Source: Eubacteriales bacterium
GTDB lineage: Bacteria > Bacillota > Clostridia > Oscillospirales > Oscillospiraceae
Assembly: GCA_048215895.1 (NCBI GenBank)
Contig: DBFWXD010000461.1
Span: 14,231 to 78,230 of the forward strand
DNA: 64,000 nt
Direction: 5' to 3'
This document shows, piece by piece, positions 54,811-64,000 of this stretch. The notes under the pieces are model-generated. The model made no database searches, was not told the origin of the DNA, and saw only the letters and a program-made list of their open reading frames with translations. The translations under genes and the position numbers were made by a program. Numbering within the stretch: position 1 is the first letter of the stretch; every line of letters begins with the position of its first letter.

Positions 54811-55733
54811 TGATCGTCACCTCCTGTTTCCTCCGCCTCACTTCTGCGGCGATAAAAGACTGCCGCACCGATCCCAGCACCGGCCAAAGCCACGATGCCG
54901 AAGGGGACCAGGACAGCGGCCCAGTTGAACTGCTTGGCTCCCTCCAGGACATCCGGGGCCGGGGCAGGCTCTGCTGGAGCAATGGGGGTTCCCTCAAAGA
55001 TGGCCACATAGCGGGTCTTATTCAGGGCGATGCGGCTGACGGTTCCGGAGTAGTCCGCGGTCACGGTGTAGCCCTTGACATAACTACTGGTGGTGCTTCC
55101 GGTGTAGGTGGCCACAGCAGTATAGCGGTCCCCGATGGCATATCCGTCCATGCTGGCAGTGTTGTCCGTTTGCCAGTCGATATTCTGGAGGGTCAGTGTG
55201 TGGCCATTGTCTTCGATGCTCTTGGGGATGTACTGGGTGTCCTGACCCGCCAGATTGGGATAACTGCGGGTGGCCCGGATTTCCTTGGTAGAGCTGCCAT
55301 AACCAGCTACTTCCACCTTCACGGTGTCCAACCGGAGGGTCAGTGTGCCCATCATCCCGTCCTCGGTGATGAACTCCCGTTCCTGAGGCAGCAGAGCCAG
55401 TACGGAACCCATATCCTTATTTTTGCTGGGCAGGGAGACGGTCTCCGTGTGCTGACGCTCCTCGTGCTCGGGCAATTCCTGCTTGAGCAGGTCCGTGAGC
55501 GTGTAGTGGAAGCCGTCCTGCTCAAAGTCAGACCGGGGGATGCCGGCGGGATCGTCCTCCGGTGAAAGATCATAGATCTTCTTCAGTTCCGTACCATCCT
55601 CACTCTGATAGACTGCTGTGGGGTAACAAGCCTGGGACTCCGCGGTGTCTCCGGCGGCCAGTGCCGCAGGAGACAGTGCCAAGGTCAGGCACAGCACTGC
55701 GGCGCAGAGGGTCATTGTACGTTTCATTGTCAT
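54807..55733 (-). CDS. Secreted protein with C-terminal membrane anchor
   Basis: Signal peptide; WAAVLVPFGIVALAGAGIGAAVFYRRR. Confidence 0.78.
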   Translation of the reverse strand: MTMKRTMTLCAAVLCLTLALSPAALAAGDTAESQACYPTAVYQSEDGTELKKIYDLSPEDDPAGIPRSDFEQDGFHYTLTDLLKQELPEHEERQHTETVSLPSKNKDMGSVLALLPQEREFITEDGMMGTLTLRLDTVKVEVAGYGSSTKEIRATRSYPNLAGQDTQYIPKSIEDNGHTLTLQNIDWQTDNTASMDGYAIGDRYTAVATYTGSTTSSYVKGYTVTADYSGTVSRIALNKTRYVAIFEGTPIAPAEPAPAPDVLEGAKQFNWAAVLVPFGIVALAGAGIGAAVFYRRRSEAEETGGDDQ

Positions 55734-55741
55734 GCGCTCCT

Positions 55742-56110
55742 TTACATCATCATGCCGTCCATGGAAGGACTGGGCTGTTCAGGTCTTTCCTGCATCCGCT
55801 GGGGGAGCTGGGAAAGTGTCTGCTGGTATGCGTCCAGCACCGCTTTATGGAACTGCTGGTGGAACTCCTTAGTGCAGGGAAAACAGATGTCCTGGTACTC
55901 ATTGCCGGACTTATAACGCGGCATGGAGACAAATGGCCCATTCTCGCTGTCCACCACCCTCAGTCCCCGAACAGCGAAGCAGCCATTGAGAGTGACGGAG
56001 GCGTGTGCCAGAACGGGGCCATCGGTGCGGAGGGAGTGGATCTTTACCTCCAACCGAGTGGGGAGCGATTCCTTTACGGGGCCAGGTTCAGGTGCGGTCG
56101 ACTTTTTCAT
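55742..56110 (-). CDS. SpoVG-family nucleic-acid-binding protein
   Basis: ASVTLNGCFAVRGLRVV...FVSMP...YQDICFP. Confidence 0.85.
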   Translation of the reverse strand: MKKSTAPEPGPVKESLPTRLEVKIHSLRTDGPVLAHASVTLNGCFAVRGLRVVDSENGPFVSMPRYKSGNEYQDICFPCTKEFHQQFHKAVLDAYQQTLSQLPQRMQERPEQPSPSMDGMMM

Positions 56111-56756
56111 GGGAATTTTCCTCCTTCTTATTTCTTGCAAGCCGTTCTTTTGTCCGGCTTAGCAGCAGATCATATTCCCAGGGATCTATCTCCAATGCAT
56201 GGTAAGCACCCTGGGCTGTCAGCCCATCCGCCCGGTATTTCAGGATCAGGGGGCGAAGGTCCTCCAGCCCGTCCATGATGGCAATAGGACACCAGCCTCT
56301 GCCTGCGGCATAGACCCAGCGGATGGCCGACAGATCGCCGCCCCCGTGGGACAGCCACAGATACTTATCCTGGTACTGCTTGGGAAGTTCCGTCTGGGGC
56401 GGGATAGGGACAATGATAGGACCCCGAATCACATAGCGGAGCCGTAGTTCCGTGATACAGGTACGCTCTGCCTCCGCTGCTTCCGCCAAGTCCGCCCACA
56501 GGGGAAGCATCCGAAAATCAGAGGCAAGGACATCTTCTCCTTCATGATCCGTGGAGAATAAGCGGCAGCACTCCACCAGCGGCAGAACATGGGTTCCGTC
56601 TGTCAGGCCCAGCGCCTTCCGCCCAGTTGGGGACAGATCCTGATAGTGGGTCAGGGCGTCGTCCAAACGTAGGAAATTGGACAGACGATAGCCAGTGACC
56701 CCCCTGGGGTCATACCCCAAGTCCAAATTATCGATGGTATAAAAGGAAATATTCAT
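56088..56756 (-). CDS. Hypothetical ICE protein
   Basis: 222-aa ORF in the operon. Confidence 0.65.
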   Translation of the reverse strand: MNISFYTIDNLDLGYDPRGVTGYRLSNFLRLDDALTHYQDLSPTGRKALGLTDGTHVLPLVECCRLFSTDHEGEDVLASDFRMLPLWADLAEAAEAERTCITELRLRYVIRGPIIVPIPPQTELPKQYQDKYLWLSHGGGDLSAIRWVYAAGRGWCPIAIMDGLEDLRPLILKYRADGLTAQGAYHALEIDPWEYDLLLSRTKERLARNKKEENSHEKVDRT

Positions 56757-56768
56757 TGGGTTCGCCTC

Positions 56769-57497
56769 CTACATCGTCATGCCGCCCATGGTGGGGGCGG
56801 TCTGCTCCTGGCCAGTCAGCTGGGCCAGTTTTTCTGCCGCCCAGTCGGGCAGGTACTGCTCGTCCAATACACCGATGAAATCCGTTCGGTTCCACCGGGT
56901 CATCTCTCCATCGCCCAAGCAGGTACAGCGGATGGAGCGTCCAATGGCATGAGGATGGCATCCAAAGCCGTCATGGGCGTACCAGAGCTGGTTTCCCTGA
57001 GACCAGCAGGATTCCCGCAAGGTATCCGGACTCAGGACCAGAACCTTTCCCTCATAGTCCAGAGAGGAGAAGGAGTCCGGATGGCAATGCTCTGGTCCGA
57101 ACAAGTTCAATTCCTGATAGGCCCTGCGGAACAGATCCACAAATCCGTCCAGAATGGCGGGGTGGCTATTGACAGCGAAATCATTGTTGTGATGCAGGTC
57201 AGTGGGAACTGATGTTCTTTCCGACCACGCTTTGTTGACCTGGCTGAAACGGCCATCCCAGTTTTTCTCACGCAGTGTGTTAGATAAGACCCACGCGGTG
57301 CGTTTATAGCCAAACTCCTCCAAAACGCACTTAAGACAGTCATTGTTCAGATGCATCCCATCGAAGTTCTGGCGGATGCTTTCCTCGATAGCCTGCTTGC
57401 AGGCGATATTGGCATGATGGCTGGCCCGCCAGAGAGACAACTCGTTCCTCCGGCGAGCCTCCTCTGCGGAATAGGGGTACAGGTAGGCGTCAGTCAT
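56769..57497 (-). CDS. DUF3849-like ICE protein
   Basis: NIACKQAIE, WDGRFS..NKAW, SHPAILDGF. Confidence 0.72.
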   Translation of the reverse strand: MTDAYLYPYSAEEARRRNELSLWRASHHANIACKQAIEESIRQNFDGMHLNNDCLKCVLEEFGYKRTAWVLSNTLREKNWDGRFSQVNKAWSERTSVPTDLHHNNDFAVNSHPAILDGFVDLFRRAYQELNLFGPEHCHPDSFSSLDYEGKVLVLSPDTLRESCWSQGNQLWYAHDGFGCHPHAIGRSIRCTCLGDGEMTRWNRTDFIGVLDEQYLPDWAAEKLAQLTGQEQTAPTMGGMTM

Positions 57498-57855
57498 CCT
57501 CTTCCTCCAACGTCAGAAGCATCCGCAGGCCATCGGGGTTGGCACCACTGCTCAGCAGATCGTCCAGAACATCATCATCTACCTCGTCCAGAGGGTCATG
57601 GATGTCATCCAAGTCACTGCTGATCTCATTGGTGGCATCCACCAGCTGGTCCATCAGAGAGTCGATCACCTCATAGAGATGCCCGATCGTCGTAAGAGCC
57701 TGGCGAACGGTGAGGTTATCCCGGCTGACCAGAATACTGCCAGCATCGGCTTGAATGGTCAGCTCATCGGCATCAGCAAGCTGAGAGATCTGGAGGGCAG
57801 GATAGGGGATCTTCTGGCTCCGATTTTCGGGGTCACGGTGCAAAATAAATTTCAT
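57490..57855 (-). CDS. Hypothetical acidic protein
   Basis: AGGAGG RBS; 121 aa. Confidence 0.65.
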   Translation of the reverse strand: MKFILHRDPENRSQKIPYPALQISQLADADELTIQADAGSILVSRDNLTVRQALTTIGHLYEVIDSLMDQLVDATNEISSDLDDIHDPLDEVDDDVLDDLLSSGANPDGLRMLLTLEEEDD

Positions 57856-57879
57856 AATGGAATACCTCCTAAAATGCAG

Positions 57880-58857
57880 TCAAGTCTTCAAGATGTGGGT
57901 TGGAACATTGAGCAGGACAAGTTCCCACTTGCTATCATCGGAAGGGGCAAACAGATCCATCTGGGTATCCATGAACGGTCTGGGATCGAAGTTCGTGATG
58001 AGCAGCTCGCCGTATGTCGAACCCTCCGTCTGGGCCAGAGGATTGTTTCGAATCAGAGAGAAGATAAAGAAATCATCCTTGTAGAGATCCATGATCGGTT
58101 CACACTTGTTGTATGAAAGGATCACATACCCTTTACAACCGCGAAACAGGTTTCTGAGCAGAAGATGGTTTTCGAGCGGAAAGTCCACCTCATAACTCCT
58201 CTCGGCACGGAAGTAGGGAGGATCTGCGTATATGACACCGTCACTGCGATCCCGCTTTTTGATTAGTTCAAATGCATCCTGATTTTCAAGGAAGACTGTG
58301 GAGATGCGCTTGATTACCTTGGGAAGTTCTTCTAGGATCGGTTTCGTGTCAATGGTTTTTACACCTACAGAGGTCATGGTCCCGCTGAAGCTCCCGTGGG
58401 AAATCAGAAGAAATGCCTTGGCCCGCTCCACATCAAACAGCTCGGCCCTGCCCTCAAGAATCTGGGCGATTTCCTCCGCAACAAACTCTGAGGAGCAGGA
58501 AAATTCCTGTAACAGAGCCTTTTCCTGTTCGATGTGCTTGTAAAAATCCGCTTTGTGCGCGACGAGGTCACGGTAGAACGCGAATGGGATTCTGCCATGG
58601 ACGGGTAAAAAGCCAAGTTCCTTACAAAATGCCAATGGCCTTTCTTTAATGCAGCAGAATACATTGAAGAGGTCATTGTTTAGATCGTTATAAATGTCCA
58701 GCCGGTTCTTACTTGGCTTTAAGCCTAAGACAACAGCACCGCTGCCTCCAAATGGCTCCAAATACTGCTTTACGTTAGGTGGGATCATCTTTTGGATAAA
58801 CGGCAGTAGCTTCACTTTATTGCCCATCCATGGGAAGATAGGCTTAGCCATTCGCAT
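57880..58857 (-). CDS. DNA adenine methyltransferase (Dam/D12-like), orphan
   Basis: WMGNK, YLEPFGGSG, YNDLN, YADPPY, ILSYN, ELLITNF. Confidence 0.9.
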   Translation of the reverse strand: MRMAKPIFPWMGNKVKLLPFIQKMIPPNVKQYLEPFGGSGAVVLGLKPSKNRLDIYNDLNNDLFNVFCCIKERPLAFCKELGFLPVHGRIPFAFYRDLVAHKADFYKHIEQEKALLQEFSCSSEFVAEEIAQILEGRAELFDVERAKAFLLISHGSFSGTMTSVGVKTIDTKPILEELPKVIKRISTVFLENQDAFELIKKRDRSDGVIYADPPYFRAERSYEVDFPLENHLLLRNLFRGCKGYVILSYNKCEPIMDLYKDDFFIFSLIRNNPLAQTEGSTYGELLITNFDPRPFMDTQMDLFAPSDDSKWELVLLNVPTHILKT

Positions 58858-59158
58858 GACCGCCCTTCGTGCCAATCTCGTGGAGGGATTCCTCCAATCC
58901 TCGGATTGTGGCCTGAAGCCCGGCATCGATACGCTGCAGGAAACGAATTGTTTCATAAACCTCTCCTGCGGTAGAGGCATAGAAATATCCGTAGCGGTCG
59001 CTGGCAATGGGGATGCGATCCTTCCGCAGTTGGTTGACAAGTTCGCGAAGCTGGGTTCCACTCAGCCCTAGTTCATGCTCCAATTCCTGACTGGTCATTC
59101 TGTGAGTGCGCCCTACGCAAACTGCCTTTAGGTAGTTTTTCAGATGATCTTTTTTCAT
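58844..59158 (-). CDS. Small winged-HTH protein
   Basis: SQELEHELGLSGTQLRELVNQLR...IPIAS..GYF. Confidence 0.75.
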   Translation of the reverse strand: MKKDHLKNYLKAVCVGRTHRMTSQELEHELGLSGTQLRELVNQLRKDRIPIASDRYGYFYASTAGEVYETIRFLQRIDAGLQATIRGLEESLHEIGTKGGHANG

Positions 59159-59259
59159 GGTTGCCTCCTTTTTCGTTGGTGCTTTTCCGAAAAAGGGCAT
59201 AAAAAGAAAAGGCCGTTTGTCCCTTTCGGAAAAACGGCCCATTCTTCTCATCAAAATGA

Positions 59260-60288
59260 TTACATTGTCATTTCCGGTTCCTGCTCAGGCTGGCTGTACT
59301 CGTAAATGAACTCCTGTCCATTCCTGGCTGCATAGCCATGGTCTGTTGTGGACAGGCCATATTTCGCCATGTGATGCTGGGCGTAGGCCACCGAGTCAAA
59401 GCACTCATTGAGCAGCGAATCCTGGCCAAGTACACCCTCCTTTCGGGCCAGGTCCATACCATACTGTGCAAGATCAACTCCGCGTGGAATAAATTCGTAA
59501 CAATGGAGATTTTGAGCGAGATCCAATGCCAAATCCAGACGGTGACAGTCTTCCAATTCCATGACACACTGCCATTTTTCCAACCAGTGGGGTTCCCCCT
59601 GGCCCTGCTCCGCCCAAACATAACCGAAGTCAATGGCGTGGCGAACTAATTCTCCTGCGGAGTCATATTGATTGAGAATGTCGGTGATCTGAGGCAGCGC
59701 GCAATCCACATCCACCGCCATACACTGATCCAGCGTTTCTGCTTGCAAGGCATCCAGCCCAAGAAGCAGTTCATCCGGGTGGGCGGTATCCATGTATTCG
59801 CCTGTGTCGGGGAATCCGACCCAGACACCCTCCATATTGTTTCGGCTGACCAGTTTAATGCGAATGGCATATTCCCCGGTGGTAGGCAGCGGCACATTGG
59901 GATTTACCTCCGGCAAGGGACGATCGGGGTTCCGCCGCTCTACATAGTGGTTCTCAACAAAACTGCCCAAACCGTTCTCCCGATAGACTGCCCCAACAAT
60001 CTCTGGGTCAAGGTAGCCCCGTGCCGCGTGTGTGGGGGTGTGAATATGCTCCATGACGAATCGGCCCAGCAGCACATCGTCCTCTGCTCCATAGAGGAGC
60101 TGGTAGTAATCTAATCCCTGGAGAATTTGGATGGTTGTCTGAATGTCCCTTGGTGATTCAATCTGCATAGCGCCTCGGAACAACAGCGCTTCCTTCACGG
60201 TCATATGTTCAAACCGCTGTTCCAGCCAATCATGTTCCGATTTACTCATCTCCATACCCTCCAGAATGGGAGAGAATTGGTGTTTCAT
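59260..60288 (-). CDS. ArdA-like acidic ICE protein
   Basis: Acidic; repeated D...YG/LG...(F/L)D..(Y)...GY modules. Confidence 0.55.
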   Translation of the reverse strand: MKHQFSPILEGMEMSKSEHDWLEQRFEHMTVKEALLFRGAMQIESPRDIQTTIQILQGLDYYQLLYGAEDDVLLGRFVMEHIHTPTHAARGYLDPEIVGAVYRENGLGSFVENHYVERRNPDRPLPEVNPNVPLPTTGEYAIRIKLVSRNNMEGVWVGFPDTGEYMDTAHPDELLLGLDALQAETLDQCMAVDVDCALPQITDILNQYDSAGELVRHAIDFGYVWAEQGQGEPHWLEKWQCVMELEDCHRLDLALDLAQNLHCYEFIPRGVDLAQYGMDLARKEGVLGQDSLLNECFDSVAYAQHHMAKYGLSTTDHGYAARNGQEFIYEYSQPEQEPEMTM

Positions 60289-60890
60289 GTAGTCATCCCC
60301 TCCATCTGCGGGCCGCAACGGGACTGCGAGTAACTCACATCCAGGTCGGTGTGCTGCACCACATAGCCCTCGGAGGTGAAGACTCCGCCTTCCTCCATTC
60401 TGGCCTTTCGGCCAATGGCCGCATAGTCCAGAACTTCATACACCTCTTCCGGCAGGCCGGACGGAATCACCGGGAAGTCATTATCCACATAGAAGTGTCC
60501 CAGCTGCTCGTCATTTCCAATTCCGGGAGCAACATGACAGCAATCCGCACTGTTGGCCAGGTCGATCAGGCGACACAGTGGCAGCTGTGTCATTCCTTTA
60601 TCCAGATCCATGCGGACAAGACCCTCGAAAGCCGCTTCCTGGACACGCTCAAAGGAGGCCAGTTTCTCAGCCAGCAGATTCAGCTCTGTCAGATCCATAT
60701 CCTCTGGCACATGATCCTCAAGGTATTCCCGCCCACAGAAGTCCGATACTTCGGTATAGAGGGGGGAGCCGGTGTTCAGTTCCAGTTGGAGTGCATCCAG
60801 TTTTTCCTGTTCCATAGGCAGTTCTACCGACCGGTGATCTGCACTGTCCATTTCCAAAGAACTTACATATACGGTGAATCCTTTATCCAA
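60285..60890 (-). CDS. ArdA-like acidic ICE protein
   Basis: ELNLLAEKL, NDEQLGHFY, LDYAAIGR, GVFTSEGYV. Confidence 0.6.
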   Translation of the reverse strand: MDKGFTVYVSSLEMDSADHRSVELPMEQEKLDALQLELNTGSPLYTEVSDFCGREYLEDHVPEDMDLTELNLLAEKLASFERVQEAAFEGLVRMDLDKGMTQLPLCRLIDLANSADCCHVAPGIGNDEQLGHFYVDNDFPVIPSGLPEEVYEVLDYAAIGRKARMEEGGVFTSEGYVVQHTDLDVSYSQSRCGPQMEGMTT

Positions 60891-61866
60891 ACGTCATTCC
60901 TCCCATCTCCTGGTCCTGATGTCCTTCATACCACTTGGGATCCGCACCAGGTACATCCCAACCGTACATGCTGCCAGTGAGCATCGCCTGTTCCTGAGCC
61001 GGGGTAATGCCCCGACGCTGGTTGTTATAGTCCGCCAGGTAGCGATTCTGGGCCCTGTCTCCTGTACTCCAGTCGCTGGGGTAGTAGCCGCTTTCCCCTT
61101 TTTTGATGCAGATAAGGGTTCCTTCACCGGGAAGCACAGACCAGCAAAGATCCGGCAGGCGGGTGAGAGAATCAGGGGAGAACTTTTCTTCTTCTGTTTG
61201 GATACTCCAGTTGCTTGAGCTCCAGAGGCTTACATAGAGTTCACCTTCATCCAATTCGATTGCTCGCTGCTCAAATCCCTCGCCCCAACCGTCCGACGCT
61301 TGACCTGAAATGTAATCCGCCAGGGCCTCTTTTTCCTCCGGCAGAAGTTCGCCCACTACCTTGCATTCCGCCACGCACCACAGCTGACCATTGCGGCTTT
61401 CTGCGTCAAACACGATGGATTGAACTTTCTCATTCACCCCGTCCTGTTTATCATACCAGCGCATAAGGCCGCGGCCTTTTTCTTCCGGCGCCTGGTTTTC
61501 CAGAAGCGCCTCGTGAATACACGACTGATAGTCTCGCAGATCACGACCATTCAAATCGTTGCCGTACTCCTCCAAATCGCCCCAGCTGTCACGACCGTAA
61601 AGTTGAGCGGTGATAGGCATGTAGAACTTCAGCGTCTGGGGCTCTGGAAGCTGGACCTGAAACCGGTCCTCACCGATGATGAGGGCGAGTCCACTACCGT
61701 TGTCCCAGTCCACATGAAATTGCCCCATATCATCGATAAATTTTAGCGTTCCCATGCTGCCAGGGGACAGTGCGTAGGGATCATCTTTCATTTCCGTCAA
61801 TCGAATACGAGACCCCTTGGGATATTGCTCCCGGAGAAAATCCAGCCATTCCTTTTGTACTTTCAT
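60883..61866 (-). CDS. DUF4314-like domain protein
   Basis: YPKGSRIRL..M.DD...G..GT...IDD.GQ.HV.WDNGS.L; GQASDGWGEGFEQ. Confidence 0.75.
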   Translation of the reverse strand: MKVQKEWLDFLREQYPKGSRIRLTEMKDDPYALSPGSMGTLKFIDDMGQFHVDWDNGSGLALIIGEDRFQVQLPEPQTLKFYMPITAQLYGRDSWGDLEEYGNDLNGRDLRDYQSCIHEALLENQAPEEKGRGLMRWYDKQDGVNEKVQSIVFDAESRNGQLWCVAECKVVGELLPEEKEALADYISGQASDGWGEGFEQRAIELDEGELYVSLWSSSNWSIQTEEEKFSPDSLTRLPDLCWSVLPGEGTLICIKKGESGYYPSDWSTGDRAQNRYLADYNNQRRGITPAQEQAMLTGSMYGWDVPGADPKWYEGHQDQEMGGMTFG

Positions 61867-61876
61867 TTTGCACCTC

Positions 61877-62914
61877 CTACATGGTCATGCCCTGGTCTTG
61901 GGACATAACCTCTAATTCCTGATGGAGTTGTTCTACTGCCTCGAAAATCGTTGGATCGTTCTTGAAACTCTCCAGTTTCTGATAGTCACCGAAAAATGTC
62001 TGCTCCCCGTCCGCCATTCGAACAAAGTCTACTGTTGCGAAGTCATCCTTGGTGACACCAAGCCGTTTCTCAGGGTGGTCACTGCTCTGATAGAGCTCGA
62101 CCGCTTCGTCCAGGGTAAGGTTACGGTGGAGCTGCTCCTGCGGGGTGTTACAATCAGTCATCACAAACCACGCATAGGAATGGGGGAGGGACGGGTCTGC
62201 CACATCTTGAAGGGCTTGCAACCCTTTCTCGGTCAAGCCGTAGTTACAGGTTCGTCGAGGATTTTCTTCGCCCGCAAAATCCAACAGAATATCATCCACT
62301 GCTTTCTTGATCTCTGGATCTTCAGAAAGCGTTTCGTGCTTGAATCCGGTCGTATTGCGGAGTGGAAGTTCTTCTTTGATGGTTTGGAGATACTGATGTG
62401 GGTCTGTGAACTCCTGGGTCGTCCCATCTGCAAAGGTCACTCTCCCTACTATATTGTCCTTTTGGGCCATTTCCTGCTGCCGCTTATCATAGCAGTATAG
62501 GTAGCCCTGATAATCGCCCAGAGTGGGGGTACAGCGGAGACAGTAGCGGTAGTGGGCTGTTTCTGCAATATACCCGTAATTTCGGCCATCCGTGGTAATG
62601 GCCCCTCCATTTTTATAGCAGTAGGAGCTCATGGAGGAGAGGTTTTTCAGCGGGCCTTCCGCACGAAGTACATCCACGATCTCCTGCAGTTCTGCCTTGA
62701 ATTCCGGCGTATTGAACCGATCCTCGTTATGAGGCCACCAGGTATGCCAGAATTCCCTGCCACCATGTCCGAAGTCCATCCGTACATGGCCCACCGTACC
62801 AGCCTGAAGGTCCCGTTCCTCTTCCACCTGGGAATAGAAAAGGCCCGCCTCCTCAATGGAAGCGGGCCTAAACTGGACACCTGTTTCACATTTTCTTATG
62901 GGGTTCTGTTTCAT
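61877..62914 (-). CDS. Hypothetical ICE protein
   Basis: 345-aa ORF; GHVRMDFG...EFWHTW, YLYCY. Confidence 0.7.
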   Translation of the reverse strand: MKQNPIRKCETGVQFRPASIEEAGLFYSQVEEERDLQAGTVGHVRMDFGHGGREFWHTWWPHNEDRFNTPEFKAELQEIVDVLRAEGPLKNLSSMSSYCYKNGGAITTDGRNYGYIAETAHYRYCLRCTPTLGDYQGYLYCYDKRQQEMAQKDNIVGRVTFADGTTQEFTDPHQYLQTIKEELPLRNTTGFKHETLSEDPEIKKAVDDILLDFAGEENPRRTCNYGLTEKGLQALQDVADPSLPHSYAWFVMTDCNTPQEQLHRNLTLDEAVELYQSSDHPEKRLGVTKDDFATVDFVRMADGEQTFFGDYQKLESFKNDPTIFEAVEQLHQELEVMSQDQGMTM

Positions 62915-62973
62915 GGTTTTTCACCTCCTATCGTTTGGTAAGTACACAACATACCACACTGTGACGAAATTAT

Positions 62974-64000
62974 CTACTGCAGTTCCATCACCCCCTGTAC
63001 CTGCTCCTGACCTTCTCCCATTAATTCCTCTAGGCTTTCCGCCCCGATGTAGGCGATATAGCCGCGATCAGTGAACATTCCCGTTCCAGAATCCATATGT
63101 TGGCGGCCATACCTCTCATAGTCGTAGAACTCGTCCAGAGTGGGATCATAATGAAACTGGCCGGATTGCTGGATCATAAATTTCCCATATTCTGCTGGGG
63201 TATGAGCACCAGGAGCAAATTCGAACAGATCCAGATTTTCTGCTAAGCGGCAAATCTGATTGGCATTCTCCGGCTGCGCCATACCAACCACAACCCCCAG
63301 TTTTATTCGGTCGGAATTCGACAGTTTTTCTACCGCTTTGGCCAGTTCATTGAGCTCGTAGATATCCTCATGCGGAAAGTCCAATGCCACATCGATTTCC
63401 ATAGGGAAGAGGCTATCGCCCATTCGAAGAGATAAATCTCTTGGATCAGTAATGCCTGCCCGCTTCATAGCCCGCTCAATCTGGCAGTTGGATGTAGGAA
63501 GGTAGACCCAAGTAATATTCTTGGTATCTCTCGGCTCCAGTCGGGAAGTCAAGCCTACAGAGATGCAATCATTCTCGTGGTGGTAGCAAGGCAGGTTCTT
63601 TCCGTCATAGAGCTGTGAAAGCTGCATACCGTTGTCGTAGACTACACCGTAGCGGGTAATGGTCCCTTCATTGTCTTCAATCAGCAGTATGGCGGTTTCC
63701 TCGCCATCCAAATTGTCCAGCTCCTCCACAGAGGCACATCCGTCGTGGGTATTCATGTAGTGTGCCCGACCGACGCTTTCCAAATCGGAAAAATCTGCGA
63801 TGACTGTTGCCTGTTGGCAGGAGAAGGTCAGGTTGATCAGGTCTTTCATATCCGTGAGCTTCAGCTTATCTGCCATAGCCTGAAACTGGGAAACCTCGAC
63901 AGCATCAAATCCGTCCAGCCGCTTGGCAAGGTAGTCCAACTCGTCAATGTTGACCTTGCTGCCTTCCAGACATCGGAGGGTTGGGTATGCTCTTATAAGT
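62974..64000 (-). CDS. ArdA-like acidic ICE protein (5' end outside the window)
   Basis: ELDYLAKRLDGF, ELNELA, YDYERYGR, GMFTDRGYI. Confidence 0.6.
   Translation of the reverse strand, partial: LIRAYPTLRCLEGSKVNIDELDYLAKRLDGFDAVEVSQFQAMADKLKLTDMKDLINLTFSCQQATVIADFSDLESVGRAHYMNTHDGCASVEELDNLDGEETAILLIEDNEGTITRYGVVYDNGMQLSQLYDGKNLPCYHHENDCISVGLTSRLEPRDTKNITWVYLPTSNCQIERAMKRAGITDPRDLSLRMGDSLFPMEIDVALDFPHEDIYELNELAKAVEKLSNSDRIKLGVVVGMAQPENANQICRLAENLDLFEFAPGAHTPAEYGKFMIQQSGQFHYDPTLDEFYDYERYGRQHMDSGTGMFTDRGYIAYIGAESLEELMGEGQEQVQGVMELQ

Larger units (their letters stand above)
34030..64000 (-). mobile_element. Integrative conjugative element (partial)
   Basis: VirD4, relaxase, VirB4, VirB6-like protein, wall hydrolase, adhesin, sortase, methylase and antirestriction-like genes, all on the minus strand; no integrase in the window. 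Confidence 0.9.

Noticed and set aside
55742..56110. Chromosomal sporulation gene spoVG
   Set aside because: It sits in the ICE operon and has an extended tail; treated as a mobile-element homologue, so no gene symbol was assigned.
1..64000. tRNA, rRNA, CRISPR arrays, IS transposases, integrase
   Set aside because: None recognised by eye; a tRNAscan/Infernal/ISfinder run would be needed to exclude them formally.

Overview
GC-rich Bacillota (Clostridia, probably Oscillospiraceae-like; this host call is an inference) window made of two mobile elements. Bases 1 to about 34,020 are the right part of a contractile-tailed (myovirus-like, PBSX Xkd-type tail) prophage, mostly on the + strand. In order it carries: SNF2 helicase, late activator, a ParB / ABC-ATPase-GNAT / formyltransferase cassette, terminase, portal, a MuF protein with a papain-fold toxin tail plus a candidate immunity gene, capsid, tail and baseplate, then a complete diversity-generating retroelement (tail-fibre target with VR 26001-26131, avd, TR 26900-27030, RT). 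All 14 TR/VR mismatches sit at TR adenines. After the DGR come lysis genes, a complete Fst/par-like type I toxin-antitoxin locus, and a minus-strand four-gene operon with two type II hammerhead ribozymes at gene junctions. From about 34,020 to 64,000 is a minus-strand integrative conjugative element: VirD4, MobP-type relaxase, VirB4, VirB6-like protein, M23 hydrolase, giant SpaA-repeat adhesin, sortase, Dam-like methylase and ArdA-like proteins. About eleven non-channel ICE proteins, including the relaxase, share a Q/E-rich, Met-rich C-terminal tail. The prophage appears to have inserted into a small gene at the edge of the ICE. All product calls come from motif recognition and synteny by eye; no database searches were run.
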